From Octopus sinensis (lineage: Eukaryota): a stretch of 64,000 nt of DNA. A program made the position numbers and the translations under genes. Under the pieces are notes generated by a model. It did not search any database and was not told the origin of the DNA. It worked only from the letters and a program-made list of their open reading frames with translations. Positions 14,215-26,066 of this stretch are shown one piece after another. Location of the stretch: the NCBI RefSeq assembly GCF_006345805.1, contig NC_043010.1, positions 51,770,001 to 51,834,000 of the forward strand, written 5' to 3'. Numbering within the stretch: position 1 is the first letter of the stretch; the number at the start of each line of letters is the position of its first letter.

Positions 14215-15015
14215 TTACAACTCTCTCTCCCTCTCTCTCTCTCCCTCTCTCTCTCTCTCCCTCTCTCTCTCTCTCTTCTTTGAGGGCAAATATATCTTGA
14301 TGTATATCATCGCTTCCCTACAAAAACTGAACTGATGAGGAGAAAGGGAAGATAGGACAGAGTGAGAGAGAGAGAGTGTGTGTGAGAGAGAGTGTGTGAG
14401 AGTGAGAGAGTGTGTGAGAGAGAGAGAGAGTGTGTGTGTGAGAGAGAGTGTGTGAGAGAGAGTGTGTGAGAGAGAGAGTGTGTGTGAGAGAGAGAGTGTG
14501 AGAGTGAGAGTGTGTGAGAGAGAGAGAGTGTGTGAGAGAGAGTGTGTGAGAGAGAGAGTGTGTGAGAGAGAGTGTGTGAGTGAGAGAGAGAGAGTGTGTG
14601 AGAGAGAGAGAGAGTGTGTGAGAGAGAGAGTGTGTGAGAGAGAGAGTGTGTGAGAGAGAGAGTGTGTGTGAGAGTGAGAGAGTGTGTGAGAGAGAGAGTG
14701 CGTGAGAGAGAGAGAGAGAGGCGGTATGATGCAGGAGTGTTGTGGTGGGGAGAGGAGGAAGAAAAAAGAATATAAAAAAGGAGAGAGAGTGAGACAGACA
14801 GAGAGACAGAGAAGAATTATAGCAGAGAGAGTGAGGAAGAAAGAATAAGATAAGTGAGTGAAAGAAAAAGGAGATATAGTGAGGGAGAGAGGGAGAGAGA
14901 GAGGGAGAGAGAGAGGGAGAAAGAGAGACTGGGAGAGAGAGAGAGACTGGGAGAGAGGGAGGGAGGGAGAGAGAGAGAGAAAGGAAGAGTAAGAGAGAAA
15001 AAAAATAAGGAAGAG
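14215..15015. repeat. (CT)n, (GAGAGAGAGTGTGT)-type and GA-rich satellite tract
   Basis: Direct reading; source of the 292-aa SL/HT ORF. Confidence 0.93.
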
Positions 15016-15210
15016 AGACATAACATTATCCAGATGGTTACAGGTTTTGTCTGTGTGGTTAATAAGTTCACTTTGCAAAGTACAGGGTCTCAAGTTCAGT
15101 CCCCAGTCTCACTATATGCCACTTTGAGCAAGTATCTTTCGCTTTAGCCTTGGGTTGATCAGTACCATGTGAGAGGAATTTGATAGACGAAAACCATGTG
15201 GAAGTCCATC

Positions 15211-15253
<43 letters not shown>

Positions 15254-15827
15254 CAGATAGACAAATAGGCAGACAGACAGACAGATAGACAAGCATCATC
15301 ATTAATGTCCAATTTTCCAAGCTTGTATGAGTCGGACAGAATTCTTTAAGGCACATTTTCTACACCCAGATGCCCTTCACATAAACCTTCACCTATTTCC
15401 AAGTAAGGTATAATATTTCCCATGGCCGGACACATTTTTAACAGAAGACTGGAAACAAATATCATACTCATTTACAACCATCATGTACAAACACACACAC
15501 ATAAAAACACATACATACACACACACATACATAAATAAATATATACATAAATAAATAAAATACATACATACATTGTATGATTGTGGTAAATGAGTGTCAC
15601 CGTCATACAAGCAGTGTAATTCATTTCTGATATTCTGCAAGAACAGTTCTGGTCACAAGGAAATATTACCATGCTTGGGAAAAAGGTGAGGGTTGGCAAC
15701 AGGAGGGGCATCTAGTTGCAGAAAATCTTCATTAAAAAGAATTCAATCTGACCCATGCAAGCATGGAAAAGTTGACATTAAAGTAATGATGATGATGATG
15801 ATATATGATGGGCTTCTTTCAGTTTCT

Positions 15828-16048
15828 TATTTCTTTGCTGCCCACAAGGGGCAACACACAGAGGAGACAAAGAGGGACAAACGGATTAAGTCGATTATAT
15901 CGACGCCAGTGCACAACTAGTACTTATTTAATTGACCCCAAAAGGATGAAAGGCAGTCAACCTCGGTGGAATTTGAACTCAGAATGTAACGGCAGACGAA
16001 ATACCGCTAAGCATTTCACTCATCGTGCTAACATTTCTGCCCACTCGC
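15828..16048 (-). mobile_element. SINE-B (long tail) inserted in a SINE-A head
   Basis: 15-bp TSD CTTCTTTCAGTTTCT at 15813-15827 and 16049-16063. Confidence 0.9.
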
Positions 16049-16289
16049 CTTCTTTCAGTTTCTATCTAACAAATCCACTCACAAGGCTTTAGTTGACCCA
16101 GGACCATAGTAGAAGATACATGGTACTCTATGTTCTCAGGATTTACTGATGTAGCACATCACACCACAGTCCTAATTCATTATGACACCTTGTATCCAAT
16201 ACTCTATCATCTATCTTTGTTATTGATAACACCAAGAAGGTGCTTCTTTTCCACTCACCAAACAGAATAGAGCTTTGACCAGGAGGAAC

Positions 16290-16770
16290 TGTTGTCATCC
16301 GATGGTATCCAATGATCATCTGGTGTTTCGACCCTGAACCATAACACCCTCCTGTTGGTGGGTCAGCAGAGATGGCCAAATTACTGTTCATCATCTCCTC
16401 ATGGTTTCTGGCTTAACTCCTCTCTCTTGTTCCATCCATAACCAGCAAGAGAGTCTTTCTGCTGCCTCTTCCACCCCGTGTACAGCCACCCTTTGCTCTT
16501 TCTCTTCCATTCCAATATCTGTAAGGATCCTGCATTCCAATTGGGCAGGAAGGAAATCTCCTACAGCAAACCTAAATTGGGAAAATTCATGATTGCCATT
16601 CCTTCTCTCTGCAATCCTGCAGAAGGCTCTTGTAGAAGATGGCATGCTTCAATTTGTAGAGATGAAAATCTCTACAATGGGTATGATGGTAGAAGATTTA
16701 CTAGTATTAAAATGAATCAAGTAATTTTGGTTTGCTGCCAGATTGGGGAAGTAAATTGAAATTTTATGAC
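16290..16770 (-). mobile_element. 3' fragment of an RLE-type non-LTR retrotransposon, HERO-like (decayed)
   Basis: Frameshifted translation ..YKSLLQDCREKEWQS*IFPI*VCCRRF / PAQLECRILTDIGMEEKEQRVAVHGVEEAAERLSCWLW matches the KY..L..C...W...P.EVG.RGF...EAAE....WLW C-terminus I recall for HERO elements; 3' UTR-like GAGGGTGTTATGGTT..GTCGAAACACC. Confidence 0.72.
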
Positions 16771-17168
16771 GATAAAATGGCTTTTAAAGTTACATGACAT
16801 AGAAAAGACCATTTTTCTTTAAATCATAGTCTTTGCAGTATTGCTGTTATTACACCAGATTCGTGTAGGAGCTTAATTGTATGTATATATATATATATAT
16901 AAAGGGGTTTGTATGATTGTGTATAGAGGGATATATATTATTCAAAGGAATTCCAACTCTGTTTTTATGTTTCATTTATATTCTTTATAATATTAATGTA
17001 GAATATAGAATATATAGTATAGATAATATATATATAGTAAAATGAAATGAAGTATTGATTGTCTTATTGAATAGATGAAATATTGAATATCAAATATTAA
17101 GGGACTAGTATACTTTCTTGCATTAAAGCAGTCTTCAAGGTCCAAGGTTGTGACAGGAGTGTTTCAAC

Positions 17169-17201
<33 letters not shown>

Positions 17202-17299
17202 ATGTATGAGTATTTAAATGTGTGTATTTTTTATTTATTTTATATCTATCTATAATTTAACCTTATTTATAACTTAACCTTATGTACTTCATTAAAAAA

Positions 17300-17423
17300 G
17301 TCTCTGATGAAGCCTAGAGAAACACCCAAGTACCTCAATTTCATCTACTTATTACTTCAGTCTACAGGAGGAATAAAGGTAGAATGAGGTATTTTTACCT
17401 CTTGGCTGAAACAGCTGTAAGAT
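17300..17423 (+). ncRNA. Type I hammerhead ribozyme motif (Penelope-like), long loop II
   Basis: CTGATGA 17304-10; stem II AGCC/GGCT; GAAA 17408-11; palindromic stem III ACAGCTGT; GUA triplet; stem I GTCT/AGAT. Confidence 0.6.
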
Positions 17424-17691
17424 ATTTTCCCAATTCATATTCCTGTATGTTATATTTTAATAATTACTGGAATCTTTATATATTAATATATTTTTATATG
17501 TAAAGCGTAATATGTTATACATGTATGTATATTCTTGTAATTGTCATTTTAGTAAATAAATAAATAAGTTGACATAATATAATGTCTAAAAGTTGATGAA
17601 CCATCTATTGATCCCCTCCATTTTCTTATTGCTCTATATATCTATATATGAATCATATTCACATTTTAAATCTAAAAATCTTTTATGTTAA

Positions 17692-17913
17692 CCCTTTAGC
17701 ATTTAAACTGGCCATGTCTGGTCCAAGATATTCTACCTGTTTTATGTTCAATCCAGCCAAACAGCCTTTCATACATATACTATAATGTCATTCTAAAAAT
17801 AAACGATCACATCATTGAAATCTTGAAGCTATGAGATTAGTGCATAATTAATTCAAAACGATATTAATAAATAAGCATTACATTTGACAGAGTTAATTTG
17901 TATGCTAAAAGGG
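17692..17913. mobile_element. piggyBac-type MITE
   Basis: TTAA|CCCTTTAGCATT ... ATGCTAAAAGGG; related copies at 20240-20472 and partially 11545-11730. Confidence 0.75.
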
Positions 17914-17999
17914 TGACATATCTCTATTAATATACTGATGTCTTCTGTCAGACCAGTCATATAACATTATGATACATTACTGCATATCACAGTTTGTTT

Positions 18000-18320
18000 A
18001 TACGCTAATATGTTATGTCACTCCGCAATCATATCCACCACATGTCCGGTCCTTCTTGCAGTGTGGTGGCTTCAGTACCTCATTGATCCTGAGAACTATG
18101 TCAGCAGAGTGCAAGCTCCTGTTAAGACTTCCCATGCTGGACAGGTCAAAGGAGGGAAGCCATATTAAAATGGACCACTTCTTGCCAGAGGTTCAATTGG
18201 GTTTGGTTAGGGCCATGATCTCTACATAGAGAAAAAAATGCAGTGATGCAGAAACATTGATGTTGATCGAAAATGATCAAGTCTTGAGAGAAGGTCTTCC
18301 TTTACGGACACAGTGCAACA
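18000..18320 (+). mobile_element. Possible RTE-clade LINE 5' UTR remnant
   Basis: CCCATGCTGGACAGGTCAAAGGAGGGAAGCCATATTAAAATGG..GGGTTTGGTTAGGGCCATGATCTCTAC resembles RTE 5' UTRs from memory; no coding support. Confidence 0.3.
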
Positions 18321-18339
18321 AATTAAAAAAAAAACAAGC

Positions 18340-18618
18340 CTGGCTCATAAGGGCCAGTTTCCCAGTTTCCTAGGTGTATAGGTACCCCACCTCGACTGGA
18401 CGCTGGTCCGTCGCAGATGAATTGCAAGATGCAGGAGGAAAGAGTGAGAGAAGGTTGTGGCAAAAGAGTCAGCAGAAGTTCACCGTTACCTTCTGCCGGA
18501 GCTGCGTGGAGCATAGGTGTTTTGCTCATAAACACACACATCGCCCGGTCTGAGATTCAAACCCGCGATCCCTCGACCGCGAGTCCGCTGCTCTATTCAC
18601 TAGGCCATGTGCCTCCAC
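18340..18618 (-). mobile_element. tRNA-derived SINE, head type C
   Basis: GGAGGCACATGGCCTAG..GAGCAGCGGACTCGCGGTCGAGGGATCGCGGGTTTGAATCTCAGACCGGGCG; same head as 46769. Confidence 0.85.
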
Positions 18619-18737
18619 TCTTTTTTAAAGTACTGGTACTTATTTTATTGGTCTCTTCTACCACACTTCTGTGTTATGGGGACATAAACAAACCAACACC
18701 ATTGTTAAAGCAGTGGTGGGGGACAAATGCAACACAA

Positions 18738-18768
<31 letters not shown>

Positions 18769-18867
18769 TACTATAGGCTTCTTTCAGTTTCTGTATATCG
18801 AATCCATTCAAGACTTTGATATAAGAGACTTGCCAAAGTGCAGCACAGTAAGACTGAACCCAAGCCT

Positions 18868-18959
<92 letters not shown>

Positions 18960-20887
18960 ACACACACACACACACATATACATTTCAATCCATAAGTTTG
19001 AAACCAAACATTACATACAAGTCCACAGCACTTCGTTGCCTCATTCACTTCACAACAGAAAAAGAGCCAACAAGATATGACTCAACTGAGCTGAAGTTCA
19101 ATCTCCATTCAGTCTATCTGTCTGTGCGTCACTCTCTCCACATATACATCTACCCTCTGCCTCATCCTTTCGCAGTATCTGATTCACAGGAAGTACCAGC
19201 CTCTCTTCATTACTTTACTTCCTTTTCTTACCTCCCACTACTTCTCCTACTTCCTTTGCTTCCTTATAACTTCTTCAGCCCCTCTTTTCTGTTCCTTCTA
19301 TTTCAAACTTCTCTATTTTCAGCCCTATTTTCATTTTCTTTGTCCCTTTCCTTATTTTTCGTCTCCTTTTTCCAAAATTTCATATCCAAGCTTTTTCATC
19401 TTCTTTTACAGTATCATTTTCTCTCTTCCCTCCTTTCTTCCTTTCAACAACTTTTATTTCACTCATATCTTTAATGTTCCTTCTTCTTCTTCTTCTTCTT
19501 CTTCTTTGTCTTATTTTCATCTTTCCCCTTCTCTCCTCCTCTTTCTTTTTTCTTTCTTCTATTTTTCTTCCTTCTTTGTCTTTTCTTCCTCCTCCGTCTT
19601 CTTTCTCCTTCTCTCTCTTTCTCCTCCTTCACCACCTTCTATCTCTCTCTTTCTCTCTCTCTCTTCCCTTTTCCTTCTCTTTATTCTCTGTATTTTTCTT
19701 CTTTTCCATCTCCTTCCTTCACCGGGGAAAAACTCCTTTGCTGACCCTCTTCTAATTACACAGAACCGAAGATCAACTTACAAACTAGCTTCATTCCCTT
19801 TACATAGCAACCAACCATTATTTTGGTTATTGTAGTTGTTGATACTACAGCTACCAATGTTGTTGTTGTTAAGAGACTTTAAGTTACTTCAGCCTGAGCA
19901 GAACTATTATAAGGAGTAAACCAAATGAATGGTTTTAAAAAAAAAACCCAAATAGAACAAGGTTTTTTTTTACAATTCATCATCATTGCCATCATCATCA
20001 TCATCATCATCATCTCTGTTGTTGCCATTGCTCTTGTCATTCTTAAGTGCCAAAGATTAGCCCTGGCTTTTGTGTCATTAAGATGATGAAAGATTAATCT
20101 GCTCTTGAACTACACTTACACTAATTCCTGTGAGCCGGCCCTTTTACCATCTCTGCCATATCTACCAAAGTTAGTAGAATAAGAATTTGGTATTGTCATC
20201 ATTGCCATCATAGTTGTCATCATCGCTGCTTTGCTTTAATCCCTTAACATTCAATCAGGGCCACACCTGGTTCAAATATTTGATCCGCTTTTATGTTCAA
20301 ATTGGCCAGATCAGACCTCTCACACCAACCCTACAATATCACTCTAAACATAAACAATCACATATCATCAAAATTACAAAGCTATGAGATTATGAGATAA
20401 TACATGATTAATTCAAAATAATGTGGATAAATAAGCATTACTGTTGGTGGATTAATCTGAATGCAAAAGAGATAATGTCTACTTTTCCATACTTGCATGG
20501 ATCAGACAGAAGTTATCAAGGTAGATTTTTCTATACTGTCAACAACTCTTACCCGTTCTCAAGCAAGTTAATATGGTAATATTTCTCCATAGTCCTCCAC
20601 CTTTTAGGGGTTGATAAAATAACTGCCAGTTGAGCACTGGGGTCAATGCAATCGACTTACTCCCTGCCCTGAATTTGCCAGCCTTGTGCCAAAATTTGAA
20701 ACCAATATTTCTCCACAGACAGAAATAGTTTTGTAGAATATTGGAAATGGGCAACAGTCACACAATGTCAAGACAAGAAGACACACATACACACACGCAG
20801 ACACACACATATGCATACACATGTGTGCATGTGCATGCACACATCATGCCTACACACGCATATACAAATTACTTTTTTTCAGTTTCT

Positions 20888-21118
20888 TATTTCTTTATTG
20901 CCCACAAGGGGCTAAACATAGAAGGAACAAAAAAGGACAGACAAAGGGATTAAGTTAATTATATCGATCCCAATGCATAACTGGTACTTAATTTATCGAC
21001 CCCCAAAAGGATGAAAGGCAAAGTTAACCTCGGCAGAATTTGAACTCAGAACGTAACGGCAGACAAAATACCGCTAAGCATTTCGCCCGGCATGCTAATG
21101 TTTCTGCCTGCTTGCCAC
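20888..21118 (-). mobile_element. SINE-B (long tail) inserted in a SINE-A head
   Basis: TSD CTTTTTT(T)CAGTTTCT at 20872-20887 and 21119-21133. Confidence 0.88.
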
Positions 21119-21361
21119 CTTTTTTCAGTTTCTGTCAAGTAAATCTACTCACAGGGCACTGGTTGGCCCAGAGCTATGATAGAAGACATTTGCTCAAGGT
21201 GTCACACAGTGGGGCTGAACCCAAGACTATGCAGTTGGAAGAAGGGAATAAGCTCAATACTTGCAACCACAGATACTTATCCAGCAGTAAATTACACCAG
21301 ACATCAGTGCCTACACAGACATAGGTGGACTAAGACATTGGTAGAAATTGGTAGAAATTTA

Positions 21362-21590
21362 AGGCGATGAGCTGGCAGAAATGTTAGCACGCCGAGTGAA
21401 ATGCTGAGCAGTATTTCATCTGCCGTTTCGTTCTGAGTTCAAAGTCCACTGAGGTTGACTTTGCCTTTCATCCTTTTGGGGTCGATAAATTAAGTACCAG
21501 TTATGCACTGGGTTGATGTAATCGATTTAATCCCTTTGTCTGTCTTTGTTTGTCTACTCAGTGTTTAACCCCTTGTGGGCAATAAAGAAA
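21362..21590 (+). mobile_element. SINE-B (long tail)
   Basis: Head AGGCGATGAGCTGGCAG; flanking duplication AAGACATT[G/T]GTAGAAATT. Confidence 0.88.
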
Positions 21591-21714
21591 TAAGACATTT
21601 GTAGAAATTCTTTAATTTCTCATCAAGTTATAACTACTTATGGGCTTCATTCAAGAGTAACATTCTAAATTTCTCTCATGAAATCGTATCTACCTCTGAA
21701 CTATTGAGAATTAA

Positions 21715-21914
21715 CCCTTTTCTTACCGTATTTCTGTAGAGATGCTCTGTGTTTCTTTCAATCAATTTTAAATATAACAAAGAATTTAGTAAAATCATTA
21801 AGCTAATGTTAGGAACATAAATTGTGATGGAAGATTTTAATTCACAACTTTTGAAAACAAGACATTTGTACTACAGAGCCAGAGGTGGCTTCAGCTGGGT
21901 TGGTATCAAAAGGC
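21715..21914. mobile_element. piggyBac-type MITE, second family
   Basis: TTAA|CCCTTTTCTTACC ... GGTATCAAAAGGC|TTAA. Confidence 0.65.
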
Positions 21915-22796
21915 TTAACACAACTCTTCAAACCCTGATCATGAGCTATCAACCTTTGGACTCTAAATAGATAAATCCTTAGATCCTTATCAAGTGATAC
22001 CTATGTCTAGAGCATCAAGGGCAGCTCTTTAAATTCTAATCATGAGATTTTGTGGAAAACACCTTAGATCCTTATCATGTGATAACTATATCTATAAGAG
22101 TAAGACATCAAACCCTTATCATCAAATATTTATTTTTGAGCTACTAAGATTAAATCCTTAACCCTAATTATCAGATTTCTACCTTTGGGTCCTTAGGTGT
22201 GATACCTTAATCTAGGACCATCATAACAGTATTATAGACCCCTGAACAAAGCATTACAATGGGACTCTTAGATACACAACAACAGAATACATAGATTAGC
22301 ATTAGGCTCCTACACTTGTGGACCCTGGCAACCATAAGACAGCACTGCCTTAACCCTTTCTTGGGCATATTTCTAGTGAAACACTTTACCAGGGGCTAAA
22401 CAACAATTATTTCTTCCCAACAATAAGAATCTCGCTTTGCAACCACATGATTTCAGGTTCAGTCCCACTACACAGAATCTTGAGCAAGTATCTTCACTTA
22501 ATGACCAATGCCTTGTGAGTGAATTAGGTAGAAAGAAACTGTATGGAAGTTCATCATGTCTATATATATATGTATGTATGTATGTATATATGTATGTATG
22601 TATGTATGTATACGTAAATCATCATCATCTAACGTCTGTTGACCATGCTGGCATGGAGTGGGTGGTTTGACCAGAGCTGGTAAGCTGGGGAGTTGCTCTA
22701 GTTCCAGTCTGATTTGGCATGGCTTCAATGTCTATATATATATATATATATATATACTATACTATACTATACTATACTATACTATACTATACTATA

Positions 22797-22920
22797 CTAG
22801 CTTGAGGGAAAAGTTTGTGTGCCGTGTTAAAATAATGAACTGAATGAACACACACACCACAAAAATATATTTAAAAAAGCATTATTTTAACATGGCACAC
22901 AAACTTTTTCCTCAACCTTA
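22797..22920. mobile_element. Tiny mariner-type MITE (MADE-like hairpin)
   Basis: Inverted arms TTGAGGGAAAAGTTTGTGTGCCGTGTTAAAATAATG / CATTATTTTAACATGGCACACAAACTTTTTCCTCAA. Confidence 0.75.
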
Positions 22921-22929
22921 CATATATAA

Positions 22930-23274
22930 GGCCACCTAACACTCCATACTGCAAGCCCCTTGATTAATTTGTGAGGGGATGCAGTTGAGCGAGAGACCAA
23001 CGAAACTCCTTCTAACACCAAAGATGAACTGAAGGTAAGGATTATGGCAACATTCACCAACTTAAACAAGGAGACCTTCCAGAAGAGTTACAGGAGATTC
23101 TGAAGTCGTCTGGAGGCCATGGTTAAAACCAATGGCGATTTTATTGAATAAATTTACTCTTTAGTATTTCAAGATATTTTTATCTAATTTTGGTAAATAT
23201 ATCTGTTAAAATGAGATGTCAGTGTTATTTTCCTTTTTGCGTAGTTTAGACAACAGTTTCTTCACCACACCCTG
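22930..23274 (+). mobile_element. 3' fragment of a Tc1/mariner (maT-like) transposon
   Basis: PPNTPYCKPLD*FV..AVERETN..NTKDELKVRI..RF*SRLEAMVKTNGDFIE* (WPPxSPDLNPLD-type motif); terminus ACCACACCCTG|TA. Confidence 0.8.
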
Positions 23275-23289
23275 TATGTATATATATAT

Positions 23290-23685
23290 ACCATCTTTTA
23301 CTTGCTTCACTCATTACACATTAAACGGATTAAGAGGACATGCTGAGGCAACACCTTGAAGAATTTTTAGCCAAATGAATTAACCCCAGAATTTATTTTT
23401 TTGTTAAACCTGGGACTTATTCTATTGGAGTCTTTTGCCAAACTGCTAAGTTACGGGGATATAAACACACCAACACTGGTTGTCATTCAGTGATGGGGAA
23501 CAGACATGAAAACACACATATATATACAATGGGCTTTTTTCAGTTTCTCTCTATCAAATTCATTCAGAAGGCTTTGGTCAGCCTAAGGCTATAACAGAAG
23601 ACACTTGCCCAAGGTGTGACAGAGTGGGACTGAACCCTGAACCATGTAGTTGGGAAGCAGGCTTCTTACCACACAGCCACACCAG
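23290..23685 (-). mobile_element. SINE family A, diverged
   Basis: Reverse complement of tail and head. Confidence 0.82.
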
Positions 23686-24216
23686 TACTTATCTCTCTGA
23701 AATTTAAAAAGACAATTTCTTTGCAACTTTTTTAACAGTTTTGCAGGATAGGCGTGCAATCATCACAGGGTAAACTGAATTTTTTTTAAAAGATTGTTTT
23801 TTAAGAATTAAAGAATTACAGAAATTGAACAAAATAATGTTCCCCCAGTAACTAATACTAAAAAAATTTTTTTGGGTTGTTTTCTTTTTCTTTTTTTTTT
23901 TTGGTTTTGCATTTGAAGGAAGGTCAAATGACTTAAGTAGGAGCTCCCAGTTTCAAGTGTAATTTTCTTTGTTTTTTCTATGGTCTGACACATAAGTCTC
24001 TCTCTCTCTCTCTCTCTCTCTAAATGGTAATGTACATACACACCCATGTACATATGGTGTGGTGTGGTGTGGTGTGAGTGGTGTGTATGCATGCATGCAG
24101 TCTAGAGTGTGTATCCGCGTGTGCATAACATCAAGTATGTAGACATATAGATTTGAAAAAAATCACACACACATATCCATATACTAATATTTATATATGC
24201 ACATACATGCACACAC

Positions 24217-24280
<64 letters not shown>

Positions 24281-24869
24281 GTTTCGGGCACATGCCGTTA
24301 GTAATTACTCAGAGTAGGCAGTTGGGAATATTTATGTAGTAAAACACAAAAAAATACATGAAACACAGGTGCACAACTGAGTAGGAGGTAGATTTACTTC
24401 TGCCTTTATAGCACGTAAAGAAAACATTGTTGTAGGAATGTACACAGCACATGTACTACAGCAGTACTATGTGTAGCTTTGATACTGAGATTGAAATGCA
24501 GGGGTGAATTATGCCTACCTAATCTACAAAAAATAAAATATTTTATGCAGAGTAATCAGAGTAACCTTCATAATTTTATTAATTAGATGCATATTTTGCC
24601 ATAAAAGGAAAATGCTACTATTGATCTATTTTATTCCGGACAGGCATTGCCTACCATGTCTACCCAGGCAGCATGTCCCTGGTACATATATATATATATA
24701 CAAACATACACATATAAACATACATATATACATGCATACCCCTATATGTACACATACATACACACACATACATATGTATATGGCTGTGCAGTTAAGGAAC
24801 TTGCTTCCTGATCACTTGGTTCTGGGACCAAAAACTTTGGTAGATGGAAAGTGAAAGAAGTCTCTTGTG

Positions 24870-24961
<92 letters not shown>

Positions 24962-26066
24962 TTGGTGTCTCCTTGTCTTGACATTATGTGAACACTAAGA
25001 AAATGACACCTTTGTTCAAGTAGGGCCCTTTGTTTCCCATCTTCTGCAAAAATATTCCAGTTATGGGGAAATATTATTGTAATTGAAAACAAGTAAGGGT
25101 TGGCAACAGGAAGGACATTCAGCCATAGAAAAAAAAGGCCTTAACAAATTCCATCTGACCCATTCAAACATAGAAAAGTAGATGTTAAAGCAATGAAAAA
25201 ATGTATCACTTGAAGTCTATACAGTAAGTGTGACTTAATCGTAAAAGAATGAAGCTACTATGAGGGTGAGGACATCTTAACATCTGATAATAGCAGTAGG
25301 CACACTTGGACATCCTGTAATAGCAGCATGCAAAACTGTCAACTAGCAGGACAGATAATTATCTCCTCATAATATAACGGTCCTCCTTAATCCAATGTTC
25401 CTTGCATTCATTTGTTTCTATTGCATAAATGTGTTAATGTGGACACACCCAACTTGGTGTGTATTTATATACGAGATTTCAGAGTCAGTTGACATGTTTC
25501 TTATGAAATTCTGAGGAATCATGCTCAACATGTATTATAAATTAAATCCTACCTAACACATGAAAATTAATTATTAGTTGCTGAAATGGTTACAGAATAA
25601 TGCAAGATTGATTATATGGAATAATGATGAAACAATTGTAAATAAAGTATTAAAATGATTTGCTAACTCCATTCTTTCATATTTTCCATTGTAAATACTC
25701 TATGGATATTTGTGGATTTTCATATAATTCAAGTGAAAAAGCTCCCCGCTTTTCAATTTTATGATAGCTGAAATCTGTGGAAGTACCATACATATATACA
25801 TACACATATTCCCACATGTACATATATGTTCCTGATGTTAAAAATGTGAATGAGAAAGAGAAACATGATTCATACATAGAATTGCTGCTGCTGCTACCAT
25901 TGCTACTGTATTTTGGAGTCTACCAAAGAAAATTTCAATCAACTCTGGCTTCTCAAGAAGCATATCCACAACCTTCCTAATGTCTTATCCAAAGGTTATG
26001 ACATGCTTCGTAACTAACACTCCCTGACAACTACAGATAGGTTGAGCCATAACAAAAAGGGTTTTA

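Noticed and set aside
14215-15093. 292-aa ORF
   Set aside because: Translation of CT/CA microsatellites; no domain or splice context.
18671-19474. 267-aa ORF
   Set aside because: Runs through a SINE, microsatellites and a pyrimidine tract.
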